From positions 1-13,994 of the forward strand of contig JAWXBZ010000173.1 of the NCBI GenBank assembly GCA_034440375.1: DNA of 13,994 nt, given 5' to 3'. This document shows positions 1 to 7,955 of this stretch, in pieces (within the stretch, counting starts at the first letter, position 1; every line of letters begins with the position of its first letter). The stretch is from Candidatus Eiseniibacteriota bacterium. Its GTDB lineage: Bacteria; Eisenbacteria; RBG-16-71-46; JABDJR01; JAWXBZ01. The notes under the pieces were generated by a model that was not told where the DNA came from, ran no database searches, and worked only from the letters and a program-made list of their open reading frames with translations. Both the position numbers and the translations under genes were made by a program.

Positions 1-1
1 G

Positions 2-511
2 CAGACGCCGAAGCTGGTCATCGCGGCGCTCAACGGCCATTGCGTCGGTGGCGGTCTTGAAATTGCGATGGCCGCCGACATCCGCATTGCCCGCCGCGAC
101 GCCGGGAAAGTCGGCCTGCCCGAAGTGAACCTGGGCGTTCTCCCCGGCACCGGTGGCACCCAGCGCCTGGCCCGCCTCATCGGCAAATCCCGCGCGATGG
201 AGCTCATGATCACCGGCCGCCTCTTCACCTACGAAGAAGCCCACGAGTGGGGCATCGTCAACGAGATCTTCGACCGCGACACTTTCTGGGAAGACATCCT
301 GGCCTACGCCAAACAGTTCTGCCCGCCGCACAAGGCCTCCAAGGCCGTCGGCCTCATCAAGCGAGCCTGCCAGACCGGCCCCGAAATGGCCTTCCAGGAC
401 TCCCTGGCTCTCGAGCGCGAACTCCAGCAGCAGCTATTTCAGTCCAGCGACGCCAAGGAAGGCATCGCCGCCCACGTTGAAAAGCGCGTGGCCAAGTTCA
501 CCTCACAGTAG
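2..511 (+). CDS. Enoyl-CoA hydratase/isomerase (crotonase family), 5'-truncated by the window edge
   Basis: The frame is open from base 2 (QTPKLVIAALNGHCVGGGLEIAMAADIR). Crotonase motifs NGHCVGGGLE and GLPEVNLGVLPGTGGTQRL carry both catalytic Glu. Stop TAG at 509-511. Confidence 0.93.
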   Translation, partial: QTPKLVIAALNGHCVGGGLEIAMAADIRIARRDAGKVGLPEVNLGVLPGTGGTQRLARLIGKSRAMELMITGRLFTYEEAHEWGIVNEIFDRDTFWEDILAYAKQFCPPHKASKAVGLIKRACQTGPEMAFQDSLALERELQQQLFQSSDAKEGIAAHVEKRVAKFTSQ

Positions 512-538
512 GAACGACGTAACAAAAGACGGCAACCG

Positions 539-568
539 GAAGGCCCGCGGCTCTTGTCGCGGGCCTTC
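539..568 (+). other. Intergenic 13-bp GC-rich stem-loop without a U-tract (mRNA stabiliser, pause site or weak terminator)
   Basis: GAAGGCCCGCGGC-TCTT-GTCGCGGGCCTTC with one G-U pair, just upstream of the GGAG RBS (574-577) of the next gene. Confidence 0.6.
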
Positions 569-582
569 GTCATGGAGAAGCG

Positions 583-1455
583 ATGATTGTGAATGGCATT
601 GGCGTTATCGGCGCCGGCACGATGGGGCGCGGCATCGCGTACGTATCGGCGCTGGGGGGTTACACGACCTACCTGTTTGACCCGCAACCGGGTCAGGTGG
701 ATGGGGCGCTGGTGACGATCCGGCGCGATTTCGACAAGGCGGTGGAGAAGGCGCTGGTCACCCGGGAGGCGGCCGACGCGGCCATCGCCCGGATCGTGGC
801 CTGTGACAAGCTGGAGCAGGCCGGGCGCGAGTCAGACCTGGTCATCGAAGCGGTGCCGGAAAACATGGCGCTCAAGATCGAGCTGTTTCAAAAACTGGAG
901 CCGCGCTGCCCGGGAGGGACGATCTTCGCCACCAACACGTCGGCACTTTCGATCACTGAAATGGCTGCCGCCACCGGTCGGGCCTACAGCGTCATTGGCA
1001 TGCACTTTTTCAATCCGGTGCCGCGGATGAAGCTGCTCGAGATTGTCCGCGGCCTGGAAACATCCGACAACACGGTTGAAACTTGTCGTGAGGTTGGGGT
1101 GCGAATGGGGAAGGAGATCGCCGTCGTCAATGAAAGTCCGGGGTTCATTACCAGCCGGATCAATGCGATGATCGGCAATGAGGCGTTTTACATGCTGGAG
1201 AGCGGCGTGGCCTCCGCATCTGAAATTGACCGGGCGCTGAAGCTGGGGCTCAATCACCCGATGGGTCCGTTCGAGATGGTCGACCTGGTTGGGCTCGATG
1301 TCCGGCTGTCGATACTTCAGTACCTGCACGCCACGCTCGGCGAGAAATTCCGGCCCTGTCCGTTGATGGCCAAGTATGTGAAGGCGGGACGGCTGGGTCG
1401 GAAGGTGGGGCGCGGAGTATATAGTTACGATGAAAAGGGAAATCGGATTACCTAA
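583..1455 (+). CDS. NAD-dependent 3-hydroxyacyl-CoA dehydrogenase (Hbd/PaaH-like)
   Basis: Rossmann motif GVIGAGTMGRGIA, plus IEAVPE, ATNTS, catalytic GMHFFNP, PGFITSR, HPMGPF and GRLGRKVGRG. GGAG RBS upstream. Confidence 0.95.
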   Translation: MIVNGIGVIGAGTMGRGIAYVSALGGYTTYLFDPQPGQVDGALVTIRRDFDKAVEKALVTREAADAAIARIVACDKLEQAGRESDLVIEAVPENMALKIELFQKLEPRCPGGTIFATNTSALSITEMAAATGRAYSVIGMHFFNPVPRMKLLEIVRGLETSDNTVETCREVGVRMGKEIAVVNESPGFITSRINAMIGNEAFYMLESGVASASEIDRALKLGLNHPMGPFEMVDLVGLDVRLSILQYLHATLGEKFRPCPLMAKYVKAGRLGRKVGRGVYSYDEKGNRIT

Positions 1456-1469
1456 AGAGGAGACCAACA

Positions 1470-1703
1470 TTGAGCACCGTTCCGGAACCCGAGCTGGACC
1501 TCGATCAACTCCGCGTGGATCGCGGCGTCGTGTCCGTGGGACGGCTTTCGGACCATCGCCCTGGTTGGATGGACTGGATGACGCGCTCTCCAGAAGAACG
1601 GCTCGCGGCCATTGAACTACTCCGGCGGATCAAATATGGCGACGATGCATGTACCGGGCGACTTCAGAGAGTTCTTGAAGTTGCTCGGTTCACACAAGAT
1701 TGA
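1470..1703 (+). CDS. Small hypothetical protein (77 aa), resembling the upstream partner of nucleotidyltransferase gene pairs
   Basis: TTG start 7 nt after a strong SD (AGAGGAG, 1456-1462). The pattern W..RSPEERL.AIE.LR...YG.D....RLQRVLEVA is one I recall from small proteins that overlap nucleotidyltransferase genes. Confidence 0.7.
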   Translation: MSTVPEPELDLDQLRVDRGVVSVGRLSDHRPGWMDWMTRSPEERLAAIELLRRIKYGDDACTGRLQRVLEVARFTQD

Positions 1704-1728
1704 GTACCTGCTGGTCAATCTCCCCTGA
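1636..1728 (+). pseudogene. Truncated nucleotidyltransferase-like gene remnant (30 codons)
   Basis: ATG 1636 translates to MATMHVPGDFREFLKLLGSHKIEYLLVNLP*, overlapping the 77-aa ORF by 68 nt in another frame. It matches the recalled N-terminus DF.EFL.LL..H.VEYLLVGGYAV but diverges and stops where GG should begin. Confidence 0.6.
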
Positions 1729-1740
1729 GGCCCTTGAGAC

Positions 1741-2517
1741 ATGCCGTTCAATCGAATCCGCCTTGAAGTCTCCAATGGCCTGGCCACGCTGACCATCGAC
1801 CGCCCCGATGTCCGCAATGCCCTCGACCGCGCGACGGCCGACGAGATGTCGGCCGCGCTGGTCCAGCTCCGCCGTGACGATTCACTTCGCGTTCTCGTCA
1901 TCACCGGCGGCGGGGACAAGGTCTTTGTTTCCGGCGCTGACATCAAGGATCTCAAGAGCCGCACGATTCGACAGGGGCTGGAGGGGTGCAATAACGCACT
2001 CTTCGCGGCGATCGAGGCGTTTGAACGGCCGGTGGTTGCCGCCATCAACGGGCATGCGCTGGGGGGCGGGCTGGAGCTGGCACTGGCTTGCGATATCCGG
2101 GTCGCGGTGGAGGAGGCGCGCTTCGGGTTTCCGGAAGTGGGTCTTGGCATCATGCCGGGAGCGGGGGGAACACAGCGGTTACCGCGCGTGGTCGGCATGG
2201 GGAGGGCCAAGGAGCTTATATTGACCGGAGATCTGATTGATGCGGCCGAGGCTCATCGGATCGGCCTGGTGAACCGCGTTGTTCCCCGCGTGGAATTCGC
2301 GGCGGCGGTCGCGGCCCTGGTCGACAAGTTGAAAAGCCGCGGGCCGATGGCACTTCGACTGGCCAAGATGTCGCTGAATGCGGCGGCTCGCGTTTCGATG
2401 GATGCCGGCTTCCAGCTTGAAATCCTGGCCCAGTCCGTCTTGTTCGAGACGTCGGACAAGGACGAGGGGCTGGACGCATTTCTGGAAAAGCGGCCGCCGA
2501 AGTTCGAGGGACGTTAG
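1741..2517 (+). CDS. Enoyl-CoA hydratase (crotonase family)
   Basis: Motifs LTIDRPDVRNAL, FVSGADI, AINGHALGGGLELALACDIR and FPEVGLGIMPGAGGTQRL, with C-terminal AFLEKRPPKFEGR. Confidence 0.95.
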   Translation: MPFNRIRLEVSNGLATLTIDRPDVRNALDRATADEMSAALVQLRRDDSLRVLVITGGGDKVFVSGADIKDLKSRTIRQGLEGCNNALFAAIEAFERPVVAAINGHALGGGLELALACDIRVAVEEARFGFPEVGLGIMPGAGGTQRLPRVVGMGRAKELILTGDLIDAAEAHRIGLVNRVVPRVEFAAAVAALVDKLKSRGPMALRLAKMSLNAAARVSMDAGFQLEILAQSVLFETSDKDEGLDAFLEKRPPKFEGR

Positions 2518-2557
2518 GCGCTCGCCGGCAGCCGGTGCCACGCCCCGACCAACCCGG

Positions 2558-4099
2558 TCAGGGAATCGCGATCACCAGGGGCCCCAGGAAATAGAGCACA
2601 CCGACGACCACGATGACCCCGGCCACATCCAGCCAGAGCCCGTGGCGGATCATCCGGACAATCGGCACATAGCCGGACCCGTAAACCAATGCGTTGGGAG
2701 GGGTTGACACGGGGAGCATGAAGCCAAGACTTCCTCCCATGGTGGCACCGAGAGCCGGCAGGACCGGATCGACGCCGACCCCCTGGCTGATCGATATGAC
2801 CAGCGGCACCAGCATTGTCACCGCGGCCATGTTCGACGTCGTCTCGCTGATCAGGACAGCGGCCAGCGTGCTGATCAGCAGCATCACGAAAAGTGATCCA
2901 TGCGGGATATGGCCGGCCATCGATTCGCCAATCTCGCGTGAGAGTCCCGTTCGCTCGGCCATTCGGCCAAGGGCGATGCCGCTGCCAAGGAGCAGCACCG
3001 TTCCCCAGTCGATGCGGGCCGCCTGGCTCCAGACGAGTGTCGGTTTGCGCTCCGACAGGTCGGTCGGCAGGAAGAAGAGCATGGACGCACAGAAGAGTGC
3101 CACGATTCCTTCCGGAAATCGGGCAGCCAGCGTGGTGGACAGTTCGGTTGCGCCCGCCAGCCCGACGAAGCCGGGCAACGTCCAGAGAATGATGGCCAGT
3201 CCGAAGACAAGGAGCACATTCCGTTCACCGCCGGACAGCGGCCCAAGGCGGCCTTTCTCCGTCAGGATGAAGCTTCGTCCGCCGTGAATCTCCTCGATGC
3301 CGGCCGGACAGGAGCGCACAAGATTGGTCAGTGTAAAGGCCATCAGAATAATCAGGATGGGCATGGCCAGCGTGACCCATTGGAAAAAACTGATACGACG
3401 CCCGATCTGCTCCTCGAGAAAGCCCATGCCAATCAGGTTGGTGGGCGTGCCGATCGGGGTGCCCAATCCCCCGAGCGAGGCGGCAAAGGCCGTGACCAGC
3501 ATCAAGGCGGTGGCATAGTTCCGGTTCGGAAGGCGGCTCGTCGGGTTGCGCCTGGTGTACAGAAAGTCGAGCAACGACAGGCCGATCGGCAACATCAACG
3601 CCGTGGTGGCGGTATTCGAAACCCACATCGACAGGAACGCCGTCACGCACGCGTAGGCCACCAGCACGCGGGTCGGCCTTGCACCGACCCATGGCAGCGA
3701 CAGAACGGTGAAGGCCAGGCGGCGGTTCAAACCGTGCACGAAAATCGCTTCGGCCATGATGAAGCCGCCAACGAGCAGGAAGACCAGATGATCGGCAAAT
3801 GGTGAGAGCGACTCGCGCGCCGACTCGACTCCAAGCATCACCGACAGGGCCACCCCGAGGAGTCCCGAAACGGGCAGCGGCACCGCTTCGGTAATCCAGA
3901 GCGTCACGGTCATCGCCAGGATCGCCGCGAAGTGGTGCGCCTTCTCGGAGAGGCCGGGCATCGGCAGCACCCAGAGCAGAACGAACAGAAACGGCGCCAG
4001 CACGAGGCCGACGCGTCGCCGCCGCTGCTCGAAGGCCAGTTCCGCGGGGCTCAACGCCTCTCGGAACGAGGCGGGAGTCAGGGTCGGCGTTTCGTTCAT
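2558..4099 (-). CDS. DASS/SLC13 family divalent anion:Na+ symporter
   Basis: Many TM segments, WITEAVPLPV, first SNT motif (LSMWVSNTATT), GTPIGTPTN, second motif ETTSNMA and FMLPVSTPPNA. Start set at ATG 4099, 7 nt after the upstream stop, rather than 4198. Confidence 0.92.
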   Translation of the reverse strand: MNETPTLTPASFREALSPAELAFEQRRRRVGLVLAPFLFVLLWVLPMPGLSEKAHHFAAILAMTVTLWITEAVPLPVSGLLGVALSVMLGVESARESLSPFADHLVFLLVGGFIMAEAIFVHGLNRRLAFTVLSLPWVGARPTRVLVAYACVTAFLSMWVSNTATTALMLPIGLSLLDFLYTRRNPTSRLPNRNYATALMLVTAFAASLGGLGTPIGTPTNLIGMGFLEEQIGRRISFFQWVTLAMPILIILMAFTLTNLVRSCPAGIEEIHGGRSFILTEKGRLGPLSGGERNVLLVFGLAIILWTLPGFVGLAGATELSTTLAARFPEGIVALFCASMLFFLPTDLSERKPTLVWSQAARIDWGTVLLLGSGIALGRMAERTGLSREIGESMAGHIPHGSLFVMLLISTLAAVLISETTSNMAAVTMLVPLVISISQGVGVDPVLPALGATMGGSLGFMLPVSTPPNALVYGSGYVPIVRMIRHGLWLDVAGVIVVVGVLYFLGPLVIAIP

Positions 4100-4106
4100 C
4101 GACTCG

Positions 4107-5159
4107 TCAGCTGACCGACGGGACATCTTCGGTGATCGAAAGGACGACCTTGCCGAACTGGGCGCGGCTGTCCAGGTGACGGTGGGCCATGGCGGCATCG
4201 GACAGCGGAAAGACCCGGTCGATCACCGGCTGCAACTTTCCCGGTCCGGCCAGTTTCATCATGGCCATCAACTCGTGCCGGCCGCCCATGTACGAGCCGA
4301 GCAGTTCAAACTGTTTGACGAAGAGATGGCGCAGGTCAAAGGCAATCGGCGTGGCATCGGTGGCACCACATGTCACCAGCCGTCCACCGCGGCGGAGGCT
4401 GCCGAGGCTCCCCTCCCACGTGGCCGCGCCCGTGTGTTCGACGACGACATCGACCCCGCGGCCAAGGGTCAGCCGTTTCACTTCGGCCGCCACATCCTCC
4501 GCGGCGTAGTCAATGACCTCGTGGGCGCCGATGGCACGCGCCTTCTCGACCTTGGCTGCCGAACCGGCGGTGGCGATCACGTGCGCCTGGACCATTCGCG
4601 CAATCTGGATGGCCGCCATGCCGACGCCCGAGCCGGCGGCCTGCACCAGGACGGTTTCGCCGGGAGCCAGCCGCGCGCGAGTCATCAGCATCCGCCAGGC
4701 CGTCAGGTACACGAGGGGAAGCGCGGCCCATTCCGCCGGCGTCAGGCGGTCGTCCGCCGGGAAGACGGCCATGGCCGGGGCGACCACCTGCTCCGCATAA
4801 CAGCCCGGTGCCTGGTAGCCCACCATCCGATACTCGCGGCAGAGGCTGTCCTCCCCGCGCGCGCAGGCCTCGCAAGCCAGGCACGAGGTACCCGGCGTCA
4901 CGATGACCGGATCGCCGACGGCCAGATGGCGAACGCCGGACCCGAGCGCGGCCACGTGTCCGTATCCCTCGCAGCCAAGGACGTGGGGGCGGGCCACCTT
5001 GATGCCGGGAAGCCCCTTGCGGATGGCCAGGTCGAGACGATTCAGCGAAGCCGTCTCGATTGCCACGACGACCTGGCCCGGGCCGGCCACCGGATCGGGC
5101 AGTTCCATGCCGGTCAGGACATCCGGTTCGCCATGCTCATGAAAGACGATCGCTCTCAC
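4107..5159 (-). CDS. Medium-chain dehydrogenase/reductase (zinc-binding, quinone-oxidoreductase-like)
   Basis: GTG start with GAGGA RBS. Structural-Zn cluster CLACEACARGEDSLC, nucleotide-binding AAGSGVG, C-terminal FGKVVL. Asn replaces the catalytic Cys (SLNRLD). Confidence 0.92.
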   Translation of the reverse strand: MRAIVFHEHGEPDVLTGMELPDPVAGPGQVVVAIETASLNRLDLAIRKGLPGIKVARPHVLGCEGYGHVAALGSGVRHLAVGDPVIVTPGTSCLACEACARGEDSLCREYRMVGYQAPGCYAEQVVAPAMAVFPADDRLTPAEWAALPLVYLTAWRMLMTRARLAPGETVLVQAAGSGVGMAAIQIARMVQAHVIATAGSAAKVEKARAIGAHEVIDYAAEDVAAEVKRLTLGRGVDVVVEHTGAATWEGSLGSLRRGGRLVTCGATDATPIAFDLRHLFVKQFELLGSYMGGRHELMAMMKLAGPGKLQPVIDRVFPLSDAAMAHRHLDSRAQFGKVVLSITEDVPSVS

Positions 5160-5174
5160 GTGTTCCTCGAACGG

Positions 5175-5606
5175 TCAACGCAGGCGGGGCGCCAGATGAT
5201 AGAGCATCAGGTAGATGATCACACCGGTCACGCTGACGTAGAACCAGATCGGCAGCGTGATCCGGGCGATCCTTCGATGACGGTCGAACCGCTGCCGGAA
5301 CGCCGGCCAGAGTGTCAGGCCGACCAGGATCGGCACCATGGCCGCCAGGATCGTGTGCGTCAGGAGGATGGCCAGGTAGATCGTCTTCACCCACCCGGCA
5401 TCCGGAAATCGGGTGGTGCCGACGTGCAGGTGGTACACGATGTACGAAATCAGAAAAACGACGGACACACTGGTTGCGGTCAGCATGCAGCGTCGATGGC
5501 TTTCGCGATCGCCCAACCGGATGAACCGCCACCCCAGGAACAGGAAGGCGGCACTGGTGGCATTGAGCGTGGCGTTGATGGTTGGGAGGGCTTCGTAGGG
5601 AATCAT
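5175..5606 (-). CDS. DUF420 family membrane protein (CtaM/YozB-like oxidase assembly factor)
   Basis: Motifs LPTINATLN, HRRCM, FLISYIVYH, ILLTHTILA and HRRIARITLPIWFYVSVTGVIIY. Four TM helices with conserved His. ATGA overlap with the SCO gene. Confidence 0.9.
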   Translation of the reverse strand: MIPYEALPTINATLNATSAAFLFLGWRFIRLGDRESHRRCMLTATSVSVVFLISYIVYHLHVGTTRFPDAGWVKTIYLAILLTHTILAAMVPILVGLTLWPAFRQRFDRHRRIARITLPIWFYVSVTGVIIYLMLYHLAPRLR

Positions 5607-6238
5607 GGGCGATTCCCCGTGAGGATATTGATGTCGCGGTCGAGCCCGGCCAGGGCGGTTTCGTCCTCGCCGTCGTAGTAGCCACGAATGATCCCCGCGC
5701 CATCCACCAGGACGAAGCGGGTGCTGTGCGCCACGTTCATCAGGGCGGTGGCGGAATCGATCTCGGCATCACCCATGGCCAGGTGGAAGCCGTCAATCGA
5801 CACGCGAAGAATTTCGGCCCGGGATCCGGTCAGGAAGCGCCATCGATCCGAATCGGCGCCCAGGGCCGTGGCGTATTCATGCAACACCGCGGGCGTATCG
5901 TATTCCGGATCCACCGTGAAGGAAACGAACCGGATCTTTGAGTCGGGCCCGAGTGCGTTGGCCATGCGGGCCATCCGTTCGCTCATGCGCGGGCACGGGC
6001 CCCCACATCGGGTGAAGATGAAGTCGGCTACCCATGCGCGGCCGGCCAGATCGGTGCGGGAGGTCGGCCGGCCTAACTGGTCTGTCAGGGAAAAGTCGGG
6101 CACCGCGCCGAACGAATCGAGCGGCCCGCCGCGCGCCACGCCCGAACGAAGCTCCGGCCTGATCGAAGCGGCGAGCCAGGCCACGAGGACGCCGCCCAGC
6201 ACCAGAATCAGCACCGCCCAGAGGAGGCGACGGCTCAT
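5603..6238 (-). CDS. SCO1/SenC family copper chaperone
   Basis: True start ATG 6238 (MSRRLLWAVL, N-terminal membrane anchor) overlapping the permease stop. Motifs PDFSLTDQ, FIFTRCGGPCP (CxxxC), VDPEYDTP and distal His in AHSTRFVLVD. Confidence 0.93.
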   Translation of the reverse strand: MSRRLLWAVLILVLGGVLVAWLAASIRPELRSGVARGGPLDSFGAVPDFSLTDQLGRPTSRTDLAGRAWVADFIFTRCGGPCPRMSERMARMANALGPDSKIRFVSFTVDPEYDTPAVLHEYATALGADSDRWRFLTGSRAEILRVSIDGFHLAMGDAEIDSATALMNVAHSTRFVLVDGAGIIRGYYDGEDETALAGLDRDINILTGNRP

Positions 6239-7023
6239 GGGGCTATCTTGCCGCGCCGCATGGTAACGAGCGAGGCCGCGGTGATCATCACCACCGCGAA
6301 GGCAATCGTGACCACCCACGAAATGCCAATCCCGGGGAGCCCCACGGTGGCGGCCGCCGCTTCCGGATCGAGCAATCGTCGGACGAGGGCCACACCGTAG
6401 GTGACCGGGTTGGCCATCATCACCGTCCGGAGCCACCCCGCGGCGCCGTCGATCGGAAACGCCGATCCGGACAGCATCCAGAGCGGCAGAAGAACCAGGT
6501 TCATGATGGCGTGAAACCCCTGTGTCGATTCCATCAACCAGGCGATGAAAAATCCGAGCCCGGTCAGGGCCAGGGCCAGCACAGCCAGCGCGCCGAGTGC
6601 CGCCAGGGAACCGGTCAACGACAGCGGCACGTGCCCGATCGGGGCCAGGAGGAGGAAGAGGGCCGCCTGTGCCAGGGCGAGGATCGAGCCGCCGGCCAGT
6701 TTGCCTCCGGCCACGGTGAGACGCGAGATCGGCGCTGCCAGCACCGATTGAAGAAATCCCTCCCGCCGGTCGTCGATCACCGAGATCGTGGAGAAGATGG
6801 CCGTGAAGAGAACGATCATCACCAGGACGCCCGGATAGAACCAACGGAGATAGTCGATGTGAATGGCCGGGTCGGTGGTGACGCCCCCGTCAAACGACGA
6901 GCCGATTCCGGCCCCGATGACAAACCAGAAGAGGAGCGGCGTCAGGAACGCCCCGATAACCCGGCTCCGCTGGCGGTAAAAGCGCACGATTTCCCGTTCG
7001 GTCAAAGTGAGAAATGCGCTCAC
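6235..7023 (-). CDS. ABC-2 type transporter permease (DrrB-like)
   Basis: About six TM helices. Motifs REIVRFYR, DRREGFL.SVLAAP, LSGSAFP and NPVTYGV. GTGA overlap with the ATPase stop. Confidence 0.9.
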   Translation of the reverse strand: MSAFLTLTEREIVRFYRQRSRVIGAFLTPLLFWFVIGAGIGSSFDGGVTTDPAIHIDYLRWFYPGVLVMIVLFTAIFSTISVIDDRREGFLQSVLAAPISRLTVAGGKLAGGSILALAQAALFLLLAPIGHVPLSLTGSLAALGALAVLALALTGLGFFIAWLMESTQGFHAIMNLVLLPLWMLSGSAFPIDGAAGWLRTVMMANPVTYGVALVRRLLDPEAAAATVGLPGIGISWVVTIAFAVVMITAASLVTMRRGKIAP

Positions 7024-7952
7024 GAGGCCACATCCTCCAGCCGCCGCCCGGTCATCCGGATGAAGACGTCGTCCAGCGTTGGGCGGGCGATGCGCACGGA
7101 GTCGATCTGTCCGGCGAAGGCGGTCGCCAATTGCGAAGCCAGGTCGTGGCCGTTCACGTGTTCGAGTCGAATCTCACCTTCCGTCAGGCTTGCCTTCGGA
7201 TCAAATCGCTCCTGGACGTCAGCCAATAGTCGCTCCGGTTCCCTCGCGGTCAGCGTCACGACATCGCCGCCGACCCGTGACTTGAGCCCCTCCGGCGTGT
7301 CGACCGCCTTGATATGACCCGCATCGAGCAGTGCCAGCCGATCGCAGCGGTCGGCTTCATCCAGAAGGTGCGTGGTGAGCAGCAGCGTCAGTTCGGGCCG
7401 GGCGACGCGCCGCCGCTCGATCATTTTCCAGAACTCGCGGCGGGCCCCGGGATCGAGCCCCGTCGTCGGTTCGTCAAGCAGGAGAAAGTCGGGGTCGGAC
7501 AGAAAAGCGCGGGCCAGTTCCACCCGCCGCTTGAATCCGCCCGAGAGTTCACGCACGCGCTGCCGGCTCCGATCTCCCAAATCGAACGCGGCCATCATCT
7601 CGTCGATGCGCCCACGGAGCCGTTTCCCGGTGACGCCGTACAGGCGCCCCTGATGCAGAAGATTTTCATGAACGGTCAGGAAGGGATCAAGCCCCGGATT
7701 CTGGAACACGATGCCGAGTCGACGCCGCACCGCGCGCGATTCGGTGGCCACATCATGGCCGAAGATCGTGATCCGCCCGCTCTGAGGCGGCAGCAGTGTG
7801 GCCATCAGGCGAAACAGGGTCGTCTTGCCGCCGCCGTTCGGGCCGAGCAGGCCGAACATGGTCCCGATTTCGACCGTAAGATCGATATGATCGAGGGCCA
7901 CCCGATCGCCGTATCGATGAGAGATGGATTCAATGCTGACCGCGTCAGGCAT
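7020..7952 (-). CDS. ABC transporter ATP-binding protein (DrrA-like)
   Basis: Walker A GPNGGGKTT, Q-loop VFQ, signature LSGG, Walker B LLLDEPTTGLD, H-loop TTH, C-terminal PTLDDVFIRMTG. Confidence 0.95.
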   Translation of the reverse strand: MPDAVSIESISHRYGDRVALDHIDLTVEIGTMFGLLGPNGGGKTTLFRLMATLLPPQSGRITIFGHDVATESRAVRRRLGIVFQNPGLDPFLTVHENLLHQGRLYGVTGKRLRGRIDEMMAAFDLGDRSRQRVRELSGGFKRRVELARAFLSDPDFLLLDEPTTGLDPGARREFWKMIERRRVARPELTLLLTTHLLDEADRCDRLALLDAGHIKAVDTPEGLKSRVGGDVVTLTAREPERLLADVQERFDPKASLTEGEIRLEHVNGHDLASQLATAFAGQIDSVRIARPTLDDVFIRMTGRRLEDVAS

Positions 7953-7955
7953 TGA

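Noticed and set aside
1456-1740. IS/MITE or target-site duplication around the small insert
   Set aside because: No terminal inverted repeats, flanking direct repeats or transposase fragment could be seen.
4176-5678. 500-aa + strand ORF
   Set aside because: Antisense shadow of the MDR and DUF420 genes. It has no recognisable motifs, and long shadow ORFs are expected at high GC.
6239-6844. Apparent 200-aa N-terminal extension of SCO
   Set aside because: Off-frame overlap with the ABC permease, Arg/Gly-rich without motifs. The real start is ATG 6238 at the ATGA junction.
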